A stretch of 64,000 nt of DNA from Phreatobacter sp. (GTDB lineage: Bacteria > Pseudomonadota > Alphaproteobacteria > Rhizobiales > Phreatobacteraceae). The stretch is from assembly GCF_030691135.1 (NCBI RefSeq), contig NZ_JAUYFA010000058.1, forward strand, positions 1,620 to 65,619, read 5' to 3'. Of the stretch, positions 25,852-34,742 are shown piece by piece. The position numbers were made by a program, and so were the translations under genes. Position 1 is the first letter of the stretch. Each line of letters opens with the position of its first letter. The notes beneath the pieces are model-generated. The model saw nothing but the letters and a program-made list of their open reading frames with translations. It did not search any database and had not been told where the DNA came from.

Positions 25852-26886
25852 ATGTCCGTCACATCCCCCGCCAACCGCATCTCCCGCCGCCGTGCCCTCG
25901 TGCTCGGTGCCGGTGTCTCCGCCGCTTATCTGATGCGGTCGGACCTCGTGACGGCCCAGGGCCTCGACCGGGTGTCCTACCAGACCAACTGGCGCGCCCA
26001 GGCCGAGCATGGCGGCTTCTACCAGGCTGTCGCCGCCGGCATCTACCGGAAGTACGGCATCGAGGCCGACATCCGCATGGGCGGCCCGCAGCAGAACCCC
26101 TCGCAGCTCCTCCTCGGCGGCCGCGTCGACATGATCATGTCGAACTCCTTCGAGGCTGTCCGCTACGTGCAGGAAAACCTGCCTTTCCTTTGCATCGGCT
26201 CGATCTTCCAGAAGGACCCGCAGGTCATCATCTGCCATCCTGGCGTCGGCAACGACAGCCTCGCCGCGCTCAGGGGCAAGACCATCCTGGTCGGTGCCGG
26301 CGGGCGCACGTCGTTCTGGCCCTATCTGAAGGCGCGCTTCGGTTTCACCGACGAGCAGGTGCGCCCCTACACCTTCAACATGGCGCCCTTCCTCGCCGAC
26401 AAGAACATCTGCCAGCAGGGCTTCCTGTCCTCCGAGCCCTTCGCCATCGAGCAGCAGGGCGGGGTGAAGCCGCTGGTCCATCTCATCGCCGATGCCGGTT
26501 TCGCCAACTACAACACCACCATCAACATCTCGAGGAAGATGGTCGACGAGCGCGCCGATGTCGTGCAGCGCTTCGTCACCGCCTCGCTCGAGGGCTGGGC
26601 CGAGTACATGAAGGGCGGGCCGGCCATCGCCGAGGCCAACAAGCTGATCATGCGCGACAATCCTGACATGGATCAGAAGAAGATCGACTATGCGATCAAG
26701 GTCATGACCGAGAACGGCATCGTCATGTCCGGCGATGCGACGACGCTCGGCATCGGCGCCATGACGGACGCGCGCTGGCAGGCCTTCTACGTGCAGATGC
26801 GCGACGCCGGTGTCTTCCCGGCCGGGATCGACGTGAAGCGGGCCTATGACCTGCGCTTCGTCAACAAGGGCGTGGGCAGGGCCTGA
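25852..26886 (+). CDS. ABC transporter substrate-binding protein (NMT1/THI5-like, NitT/TauT family), Tat signal
   Basis: RISRRRALVLGAGVSAAYL is a twin-arginine signal. YQTNWRAQAEHGGFYQAVAAGIY is typical of NMT1-like binding proteins. ATG 25852 is downstream of the predicted sigma-54 transcription start. Confidence 0.8.
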   Translation: MSVTSPANRISRRRALVLGAGVSAAYLMRSDLVTAQGLDRVSYQTNWRAQAEHGGFYQAVAAGIYRKYGIEADIRMGGPQQNPSQLLLGGRVDMIMSNSFEAVRYVQENLPFLCIGSIFQKDPQVIICHPGVGNDSLAALRGKTILVGAGGRTSFWPYLKARFGFTDEQVRPYTFNMAPFLADKNICQQGFLSSEPFAIEQQGGVKPLVHLIADAGFANYNTTINISRKMVDERADVVQRFVTASLEGWAEYMKGGPAIAEANKLIMRDNPDMDQKKIDYAIKVMTENGIVMSGDATTLGIGAMTDARWQAFYVQMRDAGVFPAGIDVKRAYDLRFVNKGVGRA

Positions 26887-26887
26887 C

Positions 26888-27694
26888 GTGAACCTTGCCG
26901 AAGCCGATAGCCCGGTGGCCAAGGGCGCGAGGACGCTCGTCGCCGTCCGCCATGTGTCCAAGCAGTTCGCGAACGGCACCATTGCCGTTCGCGACGTCAA
27001 TCTCGACCTGGCGCGTGGCGAGTTCGTCAGCCTGCTCGGGCCGTCCGGCTGCGGCAAGTCGACCCTGCTGCGCATGATCGCCGGTCTCGGCGATCCCAGC
27101 GTCGGGACCATCGACTGGGCGACCATGAACCACGACGCCTGGGGCAGACCGGCCCGGGAACTCGGCTTCGTCTTCCAGGATCCGACGCTGATGCCCTGGG
27201 CGACGGCGCTCGACAACGTCATCCTGCCGCTGAAGCTGTGCGGCACGAACAAGGGCGAGGCTCAGGCCCGCGGCGCGGAGATGCTGGCTCTCGTCGGCCT
27301 CAAGGGCTTCGAGACGAGCTATCCGCGCGAACTCTCCGGCGGCATGAAGATGCGCGTGTCCATTGCCCGCGCCCTGGTGACCCATCCGAAGATCCTGCTG
27401 ATGGACGAGCCCTTCGCCGCACTCGACGAGATCACCCGCCACAAGCTCAACGACGATCTCCTGCGGCTGTGGGAGGCGAACCAGTTCACCGCCGTTTTCG
27501 TCACCCATTCGGTCTTCGAAAGCGTCTATCTGTCCCAGCGCATCGTCGTCATGGCGGCGCGGCCGGGGCGGGTCATGGCGGATCTCAGGGTCGAGGCGCC
27601 CTATCCGCGGGACGACATGTTCCGCACCTCCGCGGAATATGCCCAATGGTGCCGTATCGCATCGGAGAAGCTGAAGGAGGCGATTTCCGCATGA
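26888..27694 (+). CDS. ABC transporter ATP-binding protein (NitT/TauT family)
   Basis: Walker A GPSGCGKST, signature LSGGMKMR and Walker B LLMDEPF. GTG 26888 lies 1 nt after the binding-protein stop. ATG 26846 would overlap by 41 nt. Confidence 0.85.
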   Translation: MNLAEADSPVAKGARTLVAVRHVSKQFANGTIAVRDVNLDLARGEFVSLLGPSGCGKSTLLRMIAGLGDPSVGTIDWATMNHDAWGRPARELGFVFQDPTLMPWATALDNVILPLKLCGTNKGEAQARGAEMLALVGLKGFETSYPRELSGGMKMRVSIARALVTHPKILLMDEPFAALDEITRHKLNDDLLRLWEANQFTAVFVTHSVFESVYLSQRIVVMAARPGRVMADLRVEAPYPRDDMFRTSAEYAQWCRIASEKLKEAISA

Positions 27695-28575
27695 CCGACG
27701 CGACCCTTTCACCCGCCGCGGTGCCCCATGACGGCACCGATGCCGAGGCCCGGCCGATCTTCCGCGAGGACCGCAAGGTGCTCGGCATCTCCACCGAGGC
27801 CTGGCCGGGCATCCTCGCCCCGCTCGGGATCGGGATCCTGGCGCTCGCCGCCTGGGAGACCATCGTCTGGTGGCGGGAGATCCCGCACTTCATCCTGCCG
27901 GGCCCGTGGCTCATCGCGAAGACGCTGGTGACGGACTGGACGACGCTATCCGCCTCCCTCTGGGTGACGCTCAGGATCACCGCCGCAGCGCTGATCGCCG
28001 CGGTCTCCCTCGGCGTCGGCCTTGCCGTGCTCTTCACCCAGTCGAAATGGCTGGAGAAGTCGCTGTTTCCCTATGCGGTGATCCTGCAGGTGACGCCGGT
28101 CGTGTCGATCGCGCCGCTGATCATCATCTGGGTCGGCGACATCAACCTGTCGCTGCTGATCTGCGCGTGGATCGTCGCCTTCTTCCCGATCCTGTCGAAC
28201 ACCATCCTCGGGCTCAACTCGGCCGACCACAACCTGCGCAACCTGTTCGAGCTCTACGGTGCATCGCGCTGGCAGACCCTGCGCTATCTCCGGCTGCCGG
28301 CCGCGCTGCCCTATTTCCTCGGCGGCCTGAAGATTTCCGGCGGCCTCGCCCTGATCGGCGCGGTGGTGGCCGAATTCGTGGCAGGGTCGGGCGGCTCGGC
28401 CTCGGGCCTCGCCTATCGCATCCTCGAGGCCGGCTACCAGCTCAAGATCCCGCGCATGTTCGCGGCCCTGATCATGATCTCGATGTCCGGGATCGCCATC
28501 TTCCTGACGATCAGCTGGATTTCGCATCTGCTGCTGCGCCGCTGGCACGAGAGCGCATTGAAGCGGGAGAACTGA
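27691..28575 (+). CDS. ABC transporter permease (NitT/TauT family)
   Basis: ATGA overlap with the ATPase. Six hydrophobic segments and an EAA-like loop (LRNLFELYGASRWQTLRYLRLPAALPYF). Confidence 0.85.
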   Translation: MTDATLSPAAVPHDGTDAEARPIFREDRKVLGISTEAWPGILAPLGIGILALAAWETIVWWREIPHFILPGPWLIAKTLVTDWTTLSASLWVTLRITAAALIAAVSLGVGLAVLFTQSKWLEKSLFPYAVILQVTPVVSIAPLIIIWVGDINLSLLICAWIVAFFPILSNTILGLNSADHNLRNLFELYGASRWQTLRYLRLPAALPYFLGGLKISGGLALIGAVVAEFVAGSGGSASGLAYRILEAGYQLKIPRMFAALIMISMSGIAIFLTISWISHLLLRRWHESALKREN

Positions 28576-28604
28576 CTCGGCTGAGGTCACGCCGACCGAA
28601 CCGC

Positions 28605-28685
28605 GTCAGGCCCGGACATCCACGATTCTTCTATTGGCATGCGGTTTTCAAGTCGTGGATGGCCGGGACAAGCCCGGCCATGACG
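28605..28685. repeat. MITE/REP-like GC-rich palindromic intergenic element, short copy
   Basis: GTCAGGCCCGGACATCCACGA...TCAAGTCGTGGATGGCCGGGACAAGCCCGGCCATGACG. It has the same termini and 19-mer as 7371-7514, with hairpin ATGGCCGGG/CCCGGCCAT. It lies between convergent genes. Confidence 0.7.
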
Positions 28686-28711
28686 TAAGCCCGCGCGTTG
28701 CAGCCGCCCCG

Positions 28712-29296
28712 TCACAAACCCGCCATCGCCGCCTTCACCCTGGCGATGAAACCGGCGCGCTTGTCGGCGCTCGCGACGTTGAGGTGGTAGAGCGCGAGAT
28801 AGCGGCGGCGCGCTTTCCAGCCGGTGAACCACCACAGATAGCGCATGACGATCTTGCGCGGCGGATCGCCCATATAGACCGCATACCAGAACGGCCTGCC
28901 ATAGGTGACGATGCCGGTGATCGAGCGCAGGTTGCCGAGCAGCGGCTTGACCGCCGCCGGATCGGAAATGTCGAAGCCGACCCCCGGCATGAACATGCGG
29001 TCGAAGAAGCCTTTCAGCATGGCCGGCGGACCGAAGCTCCAGGTTGGAAACTGTACCACCAGTGCCTCGGCATTGCGCAGTCGCGCGATCAGAGGCTCCA
29101 GCCCCTGCTGGTCGCGGCTCTCGTCGTGATAGCGCCGGCGGCCATCCTCGGAGAGAACGGGGTCGAAGCCCTCGGCATAGAGATCGAGCAGGTCGACCTC
29201 ATGGCCCGCGGCCAGGAGGGCCGCCAGCGCCTCGGCGCGGATGGCGGCATGAAAGCTCTCGGGGAGGGGGTGGCAATAGAGATAGAGGACGCGCAT
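28712..29296 (-). CDS. NAD(P)H dehydrogenase (quinone)-like, flavodoxin-like fold (Flavodoxin_2)
   Basis: MRVLYLYCHPLPESF...DLYAEGFDPVL...VVQFPTWSFGPPAMLKGFFDRM is typical of the family. Paralog of 53126-53719. Confidence 0.75.
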   Translation of the reverse strand: MRVLYLYCHPLPESFHAAIRAEALAALLAAGHEVDLLDLYAEGFDPVLSEDGRRRYHDESRDQQGLEPLIARLRNAEALVVQFPTWSFGPPAMLKGFFDRMFMPGVGFDISDPAAVKPLLGNLRSITGIVTYGRPFWYAVYMGDPPRKIVMRYLWWFTGWKARRRYLALYHLNVASADKRAGFIARVKAAMAGL

Positions 29297-29350
29297 GGAT
29301 CGCCTGCGGAACGAGGAACGGGGTCCGACTGGCAAGTCCCGTGCCCGTCC

Positions 29351-30718
29351 TTACCGGACCGGCACGTAGCTCTCCATCTTGCCGGGATTGAGCAGGCCCA
29401 TGGGATCGACCTCGGCCTTGAACCCGAGCTGGTCGGCCTCCGCGCGCTTGTGACGCGATCCGCCCTCGAGGCCGAAGACATGCGGGTTGGCGACCATGAC
29501 GCCGCTGTCCTCGTGCTCGCGGATGATGGCGAACAGCCGCTCCGGCGTCGAATAGCGCACGATCGGCAGGGCCGAGCAGGTGATGCGTCCGGCGAAGCGG
29601 ATGAATTCGAGATGCGGCAGGACCTCGCCGTCGAAGCGCTCCATCATTTCCCGCACGCTGTCTTCCAGACGGTCATGAGGGTAGAGCAGTTGCAGGTAGG
29701 TGATGGACCGGTCGGTCTTCAGCCACTGCAGCGTCGTGTGGTTCCAGGCATATTCGTAGAGCGGGGTCTCGGTCGGTTCCTCGCGTGACGGCGCTTCACG
29801 CGTGATCGTGCCGCGTCCGCCGAGGATGGCCCGGAAGCTTTCGAGGAACGGCTCGGCGATCATGCAGACGAGGATCGCCTTGCCGTCAGGACAGGCGTCC
29901 TTCAGGGCGGTGAACTGCGCCGGGATCGGCCAGGCGATCGGCGTCACCAGTTTCTTGACCACGCCGTCGGCATGGGCGATGTCGCACCCGGCCGCGAAGG
30001 CCTGCATGAACGTGTCGAAGGCGACGACCACGTCGATCCAGGGCCAGGCCGGCGCCGTCGGCATTTCGAGCTCGGTGATGATGCCCGTCGTGCCATAGGC
30101 GCGGTTGACCTTCTGTGCCGCGTCCTGCCGGAGTTCGAGAACCCGCGGCTCCTCCTCGATGGTGACGATGCGGGCCGCGAGGATGTTGCCCGGCTCGCGC
30201 AGGCCGCCATAGGCGACCGACCCGACCCCGCCCGAACCACCGGCGACGAAGCCGCCGATGGTGGCGGTGCGCTTCGTCGAAGGATGCATCCTCAGCTCGA
30301 AGCCGTTCGGCCGGGTCTCCTGGTCGAGCGCCAGGATATTCGTGCCGGCGCGCACGCGGACCGATCCCGGCTTTTGCCAGACGACCCCGGTGATGTCCGT
30401 CATGTCCAGGAGCACGCCGCCCGCCAGCGGCATGGCCTGGCCGTAATTGCCGGTGCCGCCGGCCCTGACGGTGAGCGGAACGCGCAACTTCGCACAGGCC
30501 GAAACGGTCCGGATCACATCCGCCTCGTCGCGCGGCCGGACGATGATGTCGGCCGCGACCTGTTTCAGCTCCTCGGCCAGAATGGGCGAATACCAGAAGA
30601 AGTCGCGCGATTTCCGCCGGACGATGGTGGGCTCGGTGATGGTCGGCACGTCGCCGAGAAGTGGCGCCAACCGATCGAGGTCCACATCTGCGCGCGGAGG
30701 ATGTGCTGCGGGTCGCAT
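29351..30718 (-). CDS. FAD-binding oxidoreductase (FAD_binding_4 / FAD-linked oxidase), paralog 2
   Basis: RAGGTGNYGQAMPL and C-terminal DPMGLLNPGK. Colinear with 24220-25605 (SRDFFWYSPIL, HPSTK.TATIGGFVAGG, YGTTGIITELEMPTAPA, PLYEYAWNHTTL). The start is uncertain: ATG 30718, 30778 or 30811. Confidence 0.8.
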   Translation of the reverse strand: MRPAAHPPRADVDLDRLAPLLGDVPTITEPTIVRRKSRDFFWYSPILAEELKQVAADIIVRPRDEADVIRTVSACAKLRVPLTVRAGGTGNYGQAMPLAGGVLLDMTDITGVVWQKPGSVRVRAGTNILALDQETRPNGFELRMHPSTKRTATIGGFVAGGSGGVGSVAYGGLREPGNILAARIVTIEEEPRVLELRQDAAQKVNRAYGTTGIITELEMPTAPAWPWIDVVVAFDTFMQAFAAGCDIAHADGVVKKLVTPIAWPIPAQFTALKDACPDGKAILVCMIAEPFLESFRAILGGRGTITREAPSREEPTETPLYEYAWNHTTLQWLKTDRSITYLQLLYPHDRLEDSVREMMERFDGEVLPHLEFIRFAGRITCSALPIVRYSTPERLFAIIREHEDSGVMVANPHVFGLEGGSRHKRAEADQLGFKAEVDPMGLLNPGKMESYVPVR

Positions 30719-30873
30719 CGGGTCGCTCGTCTCGCCATTGAACCCACCGGCTCTAGCGTTTCCCGAGCCCGCTGTCATGCCGCACAACCCGACAATGGCC
30801 AGGGACGACATGCGTTAACGCCACGGCAAGCAATAACGCACCACCATAACGGTATATCTAGGGAGAACAATTC

Positions 30874-32544
30874 ATGCAGATCAAGACCAAGCTGTTCGCC
30901 ATCGTTGGCGGCTTGACGGTCGCCTCACTGATCGTCGCAGGCGTCGCCGGCTATGGCTTCCAGCGGTATCAGCATGCGGTGACGGAAAACCAGCGCACGG
31001 CGCGGGTCACCCAGCTCGCCGAGCGTGCCAACGGCTTGATCTATGCTGTCGTCATGGAATCGCGCGGCATCTACATGTCGGCCCAGAAGGAAGCCCTCGA
31101 GCGCTTCGCCGCCGGCCAGGATCGCGAACTGGCCAGTTTGCGCACGGTCATCACCGAATGGGCCGGGTTGGCCCGTCCTGAGGACGAGGCCCTGAAAAAC
31201 CGGCTTCTCGAGCAGACGGAAGCCTTCATCAGGCTGCGCAACGAGCTCGCCCAGGCCGGCCGCACCAGCGGCAACCAGGCGGCTCGCGTGATCGGCGACA
31301 ATGACGCTAACCGCCAGACCCGCACGCGGCTCAATGCCGAAATGGCTGCCTTCGCACAGTCGAACGCCCGGCATGTCACGACTCTCTCGCAGGAAGTGGA
31401 AGAAACCCGCCAGACGCTGACCTGGCTTATCGCTCTGACGGTCGGCCTCGCCGTCCTCGCTGGCCTGGCCGCCTTCTGGACAATTCTCACCGGTGTGACC
31501 CGCCCACTCGGTCGCCTGACCAGCGCGGTGGACGCGGTCGCTGACGGACGGACCGATGCCGAAGTCAGCGACACCGACCGCAAGGACGAGATCGGCGGGC
31601 TGGCCCGCTCCGTTCTGGTCTTCCGCGACAATGTCCGCGAGGTCGAGCGCCTCAAGGCGACCGAAGCCGAGCGTGAAGGCGCTAACCGCGCGCAGCGGAC
31701 CCGCGAGATGGCTGAGCTCGCCGATGCATTTTCCGGAACCGTGCAGTCGGTCGTCGCCACGGTGACCCGCTCCGCCGAGGAGATCGTCGGCAATGCCAGC
31801 CGCGTCGGTCTCGTCGCCCGTAACGTCTCCGAACTCGGCCAGACCGTGGCCGCGACCTCGGCCGGCGCGACGCAGAGCGTCGAGAGCGCGGCCAGCTCGG
31901 CCCAGGAACTCGCCTCGTCCATCGGCGAGATTTCCAGCCGGACCGCCCAGGCCCAGCATATCGCCGCTTCTGCGGTTCAGCAGGCGACCCGTACGGGCGA
32001 AATCGTCGCCACCCTCGCCACATCGACCCAGAAGATCGGCGATGTCGTCGCCCTCATCAACGCCATCGCCGCGCAGACCAATCTCCTGGCGCTCAACGCG
32101 ACGATCGAGGCGGCGCGGGCCGGTGAGGCCGGCCGCGGCTTCGCGGTGGTGGCCACCGAAGTCAAGAGCCTCGCCGCTCAGACGTCGAAGGCGACGGAAG
32201 AGATCGCCAGCCAGATCGGTGCTGTCCAGTCGGTCACCGGCGATGCGGTCGCCGCCATCGAGGCGATCAACCGCACCATCGGCGAGATCAACTCGGTGTC
32301 GTTCTCGATCATGGCCGCCGTCGAGGAACAGTCCGCCGTCACCAATGGCATCGCCGGCTCGGTCTCCGAAGCCGCGTCGGGCACCCGCTCGGTCGAGACC
32401 GATATCGGCCGCGTCACCCGCGCCGCCGACGAGACCGGCGCGGCGGCCAATGCCATGAACGAGGCCGCGCGTCACCTCAAGGACGGTTCCGTGCAACTGG
32501 ACCGTGCTGTCGCCGGCTTCCTCGGCCGCATCCGCGCCGCCTGA
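30874..32544 (+). CDS. methyl-accepting chemotaxis protein (transmembrane, periplasmic helical sensor + HAMP)
   Basis: N-terminal TM segment, a sensor region of about 170 aa, a second TM segment, HAMP, and the conserved signalling hairpin [36 protein letters not shown]. Confidence 0.9.
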   Translation: MQIKTKLFAIVGGLTVASLIVAGVAGYGFQRYQHAVTENQRTARVTQLAERANGLIYAVVMESRGIYMSAQKEALERFAAGQDRELASLRTVITEWAGLARPEDEALKNRLLEQTEAFIRLRNELAQAGRTSGNQAARVIGDNDANRQTRTRLNAEMAAFAQSNARHVTTLSQEVEETRQTLTWLIALTVGLAVLAGLAAFWTILTGVTRPLGRLTSAVDAVADGRTDAEVSDTDRKDEIGGLARSVLVFRDNVREVERLKATEAEREGANRAQRTREMAELADAFSGTVQSVVATVTRSAEEIVGNASRVGLVARNVSELGQTVAATSAGATQSVESAASSAQELASSIGEISSRTAQAQHIAASAVQQATRTGEIVATLATSTQKIGDVVALINAIAAQTNLLALNATIEAARAGEAGRGFAVVATEVKSLAAQTSKATEEIASQIGAVQSVTGDAVAAIEAINRTIGEINSVSFSIMAAVEEQSAVTNGIAGSVSEAASGTRSVETDIGRVTRAADETGAAANAMNEAARHLKDGSVQLDRAVAGFLGRIRAA

Positions 32545-32565
32545 TCCGCGCGCCGCGCCAGACCA

Positions 32566-32598
32566 CAAAAAAGCCCGGCGGAGACGCCGGGCTTTTCG
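32566..32598. terminator. rho-independent terminator (bidirectional position)
   Basis: AAAAAAGCCCGGCG-GAGA-CGCCGGGCTTTTCG is a 9-bp GC stem flanked by an A-run and a T-run, lying between convergent genes. Confidence 0.8.
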
Positions 32599-32616
32599 TA
32601 TTCAGGCGGCCTTCTG

Positions 32617-33789
32617 TCATGCAGTGGCGAGCTTGCGGAACTTGTTGGACCGCTTCGGGTGCCACCATTTGCCTGCCACGACGGTGCCTTCCGAGACGAT
32701 CTTCCTGTCACCGATCAGATGTTCGCCGACCACGTCGACATAGTCGAACTTGCCGTCCTTGATCGACAGGATCGTCGCATCGCCTGCGGAACCTGGCTTC
32801 AGGCTGCCGAGTTCGGGACGCTTCAGCGCCATGGCGGCGTTGACCGTCGAGGCCGCGATGACCCGGTCAAGCGGCATGCCCATGCACAGGAACTTCGAGA
32901 GCGTCGTGACCTGATCGAAGGCGGGGCCTTCGATGCAGAGCGTATGGACATCGGAGGAAATGACATCCGGCTCGAAGCCGCCGGCGAGCATGGCCCGCGT
33001 CGTCTTGAACGAGAACGAGCCCTTGCCATGGCCGATGTCGAAGATGACGCCCTTCTTGCGCGCGGCGACGACCTCGGGCTTCACGGCGCCCTGGGCGGTG
33101 ACGGGCGCGTTGGGGAAGGGGCGGAAGGCGTGGGTCAGCACGTCGCCGGGGCGCAGGCGGCCGATGACATGTTCGTAAGAGGGCGGGGGATGGTCGATAT
33201 GGGCCATCAGCGGCATGCCCACCTCGTTCGCCACTTGCAGCGCCATGTCGAGCGCCGCCTCGCCGTTGGTGCCGGAGGAATTGCGGCCGACGCGGACCTT
33301 GATACCGACGATGAGGTCGCGGTTCTCGTCGGCGACGCGGGCGCAGTCCGACGGGTTCAGCATGTCGATCTCGCGGCTCTCGCCGACCATGACCTTCTTG
33401 TCGAAACCGTAGATGCCGGCGTGGCTGACATGAAGATAGGCGAGAATCCGCACCTGGCTCTTCTCGATGACGTGCTTGCGGAAGCCCATCCAGTTGCCGG
33501 GCCCGGCCGAGCCGGTGTCGATGGCCGTAGTGACGCCCGACGTGCGGCAGAACTCCTCCGCATCGATCCCGAGCGAGGTCCCGCCCCAATAGACATGGGT
33601 GTGGAGGTCGATGAGGCCCGGCGTGACGATGTAACCCGAGACATCGCGGATTTCGGTCCCCGGACCCGGCTTCAGATCCTTGCCCACCGCGGCCACCTTG
33701 CCGCCGGTAAAGGCGACGTCGCGCACCCCGTCGATCTTCTGCGAGGGGTCGATCACGCGGCCGCCGCGCAGGATCAGGTCGAAAGTCAT
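32617..33789 (-). CDS. amidohydrolase-superfamily metallohydrolase (dihydroorotase/deacetylase-like, COG3964 type)
   Basis: MTFDLILRGGRVIDP...GLIDLHTHVYWGG (HxH metal motif), MAHIDHPP, THAFRP, DVISSDVH. Confidence 0.8.
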   Translation of the reverse strand: MTFDLILRGGRVIDPSQKIDGVRDVAFTGGKVAAVGKDLKPGPGTEIRDVSGYIVTPGLIDLHTHVYWGGTSLGIDAEEFCRTSGVTTAIDTGSAGPGNWMGFRKHVIEKSQVRILAYLHVSHAGIYGFDKKVMVGESREIDMLNPSDCARVADENRDLIVGIKVRVGRNSSGTNGEAALDMALQVANEVGMPLMAHIDHPPPSYEHVIGRLRPGDVLTHAFRPFPNAPVTAQGAVKPEVVAARKKGVIFDIGHGKGSFSFKTTRAMLAGGFEPDVISSDVHTLCIEGPAFDQVTTLSKFLCMGMPLDRVIAASTVNAAMALKRPELGSLKPGSAGDATILSIKDGKFDYVDVVGEHLIGDRKIVSEGTVVAGKWWHPKRSNKFRKLATA

Positions 33790-33911
33790 CGAAGGCTCCG
33801 CTTGCTGGAAAGGCCGGGCCGGTGCATTGCGCGGCCCTTGTCCGGCGCGCACATTGCGCGCCGGAGCGCGGCTTGCCAACAGCCGTGACATGAGCCTTGC
33901 GGAGACCTCCC

Positions 33912-34709
33912 ATGCCGGCCCGTCACTGGGGTGACCTGAAGACCACCGATTTCGACCGGCTCGATCCGGCGACCACCGTCGCCGTGCTGCCGCTGGCGGC
34001 GATCGAGCAGCACGGGCCGCATCTGCCGGTCTCCACCGACACATCCATCATGCAGGGCATGATCGAGACCGCCTTTCCGCTGGTCGGGCCCGGCGTGACC
34101 GCGCTCTTCCTTCCCGTCGAGGCGGTCGCCAAGTCCAACGAGCACCTCCATTCCAAGGGCACCCTGACGCTCTCTGCCGAGACCGTGCTGAAGAGCTGGA
34201 TCGAGATCGGCGAGAGCGTGAAGCGCGCCGGCATCGACAAGATCGTGCTTCTGACTTCCCACGGCGGCAATCTCGATCCGATGCGCGTCGTGGCGCGCGA
34301 GCTGCGCATCCGCTTCCGCCAGCTTGCCGTGGTGACGAGCTGGACCGCCTTCGGCCGGCCGCCGGGACTCTATGGCGACCTCGACATCAAACACGGCATC
34401 CACGCCGGCGATGTCGAGACCTCGCTCATGCTGCATTTCCGGCCCGACCTTGTCGACATGGGTGCGGCCAGGCTGTTCGAGCCGGTCATGGTGTCGATGG
34501 AAAAGGAATTCACTTATCTTCGGCCGACGCTGAACCACGCCTTCGGCTGGATGGCGCAGGACATCAACCCTGACGGAGCCGCGGGTGACGCCACGCTCGC
34601 CGATGCCGGGAAGGGCAGGGCGACCGCCGGCTGGCAGGCGGCCGAATTCGTCAAGCTGCTCGACGACATGGCGCGCTTCGACCTCGGCAGGCTCTATACC
34701 CCGGCCTGA
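33912..34709 (+). CDS. creatininase-family amidohydrolase
   Basis: LPLAAIEQHGPHLPVSTD...LLTSHGGN...HAGDVETSLML are the creatinine-amidohydrolase family metal-binding motifs. SD GGAGAC precedes ATG 33912. Confidence 0.85.
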   Translation: MPARHWGDLKTTDFDRLDPATTVAVLPLAAIEQHGPHLPVSTDTSIMQGMIETAFPLVGPGVTALFLPVEAVAKSNEHLHSKGTLTLSAETVLKSWIEIGESVKRAGIDKIVLLTSHGGNLDPMRVVARELRIRFRQLAVVTSWTAFGRPPGLYGDLDIKHGIHAGDVETSLMLHFRPDLVDMGAARLFEPVMVSMEKEFTYLRPTLNHAFGWMAQDINPDGAAGDATLADAGKGRATAGWQAAEFVKLLDDMARFDLGRLYTPA

Positions 34710-34742
34710 GTGGCCGGGGTCGATTGTCGACGGGACATTCGA

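Noticed and set aside
31990-32230. An inverted DNA similarity of roughly 80 percent between the two MCP genes (31990-32230 versus 35030-35200), considered as a repeat or recombination substrate.
   Set aside because: It coincides exactly with the universally conserved MCP signalling hairpin ([34 protein letters not shown]). Protein-level constraint explains it, and similarity fades outside the domain.
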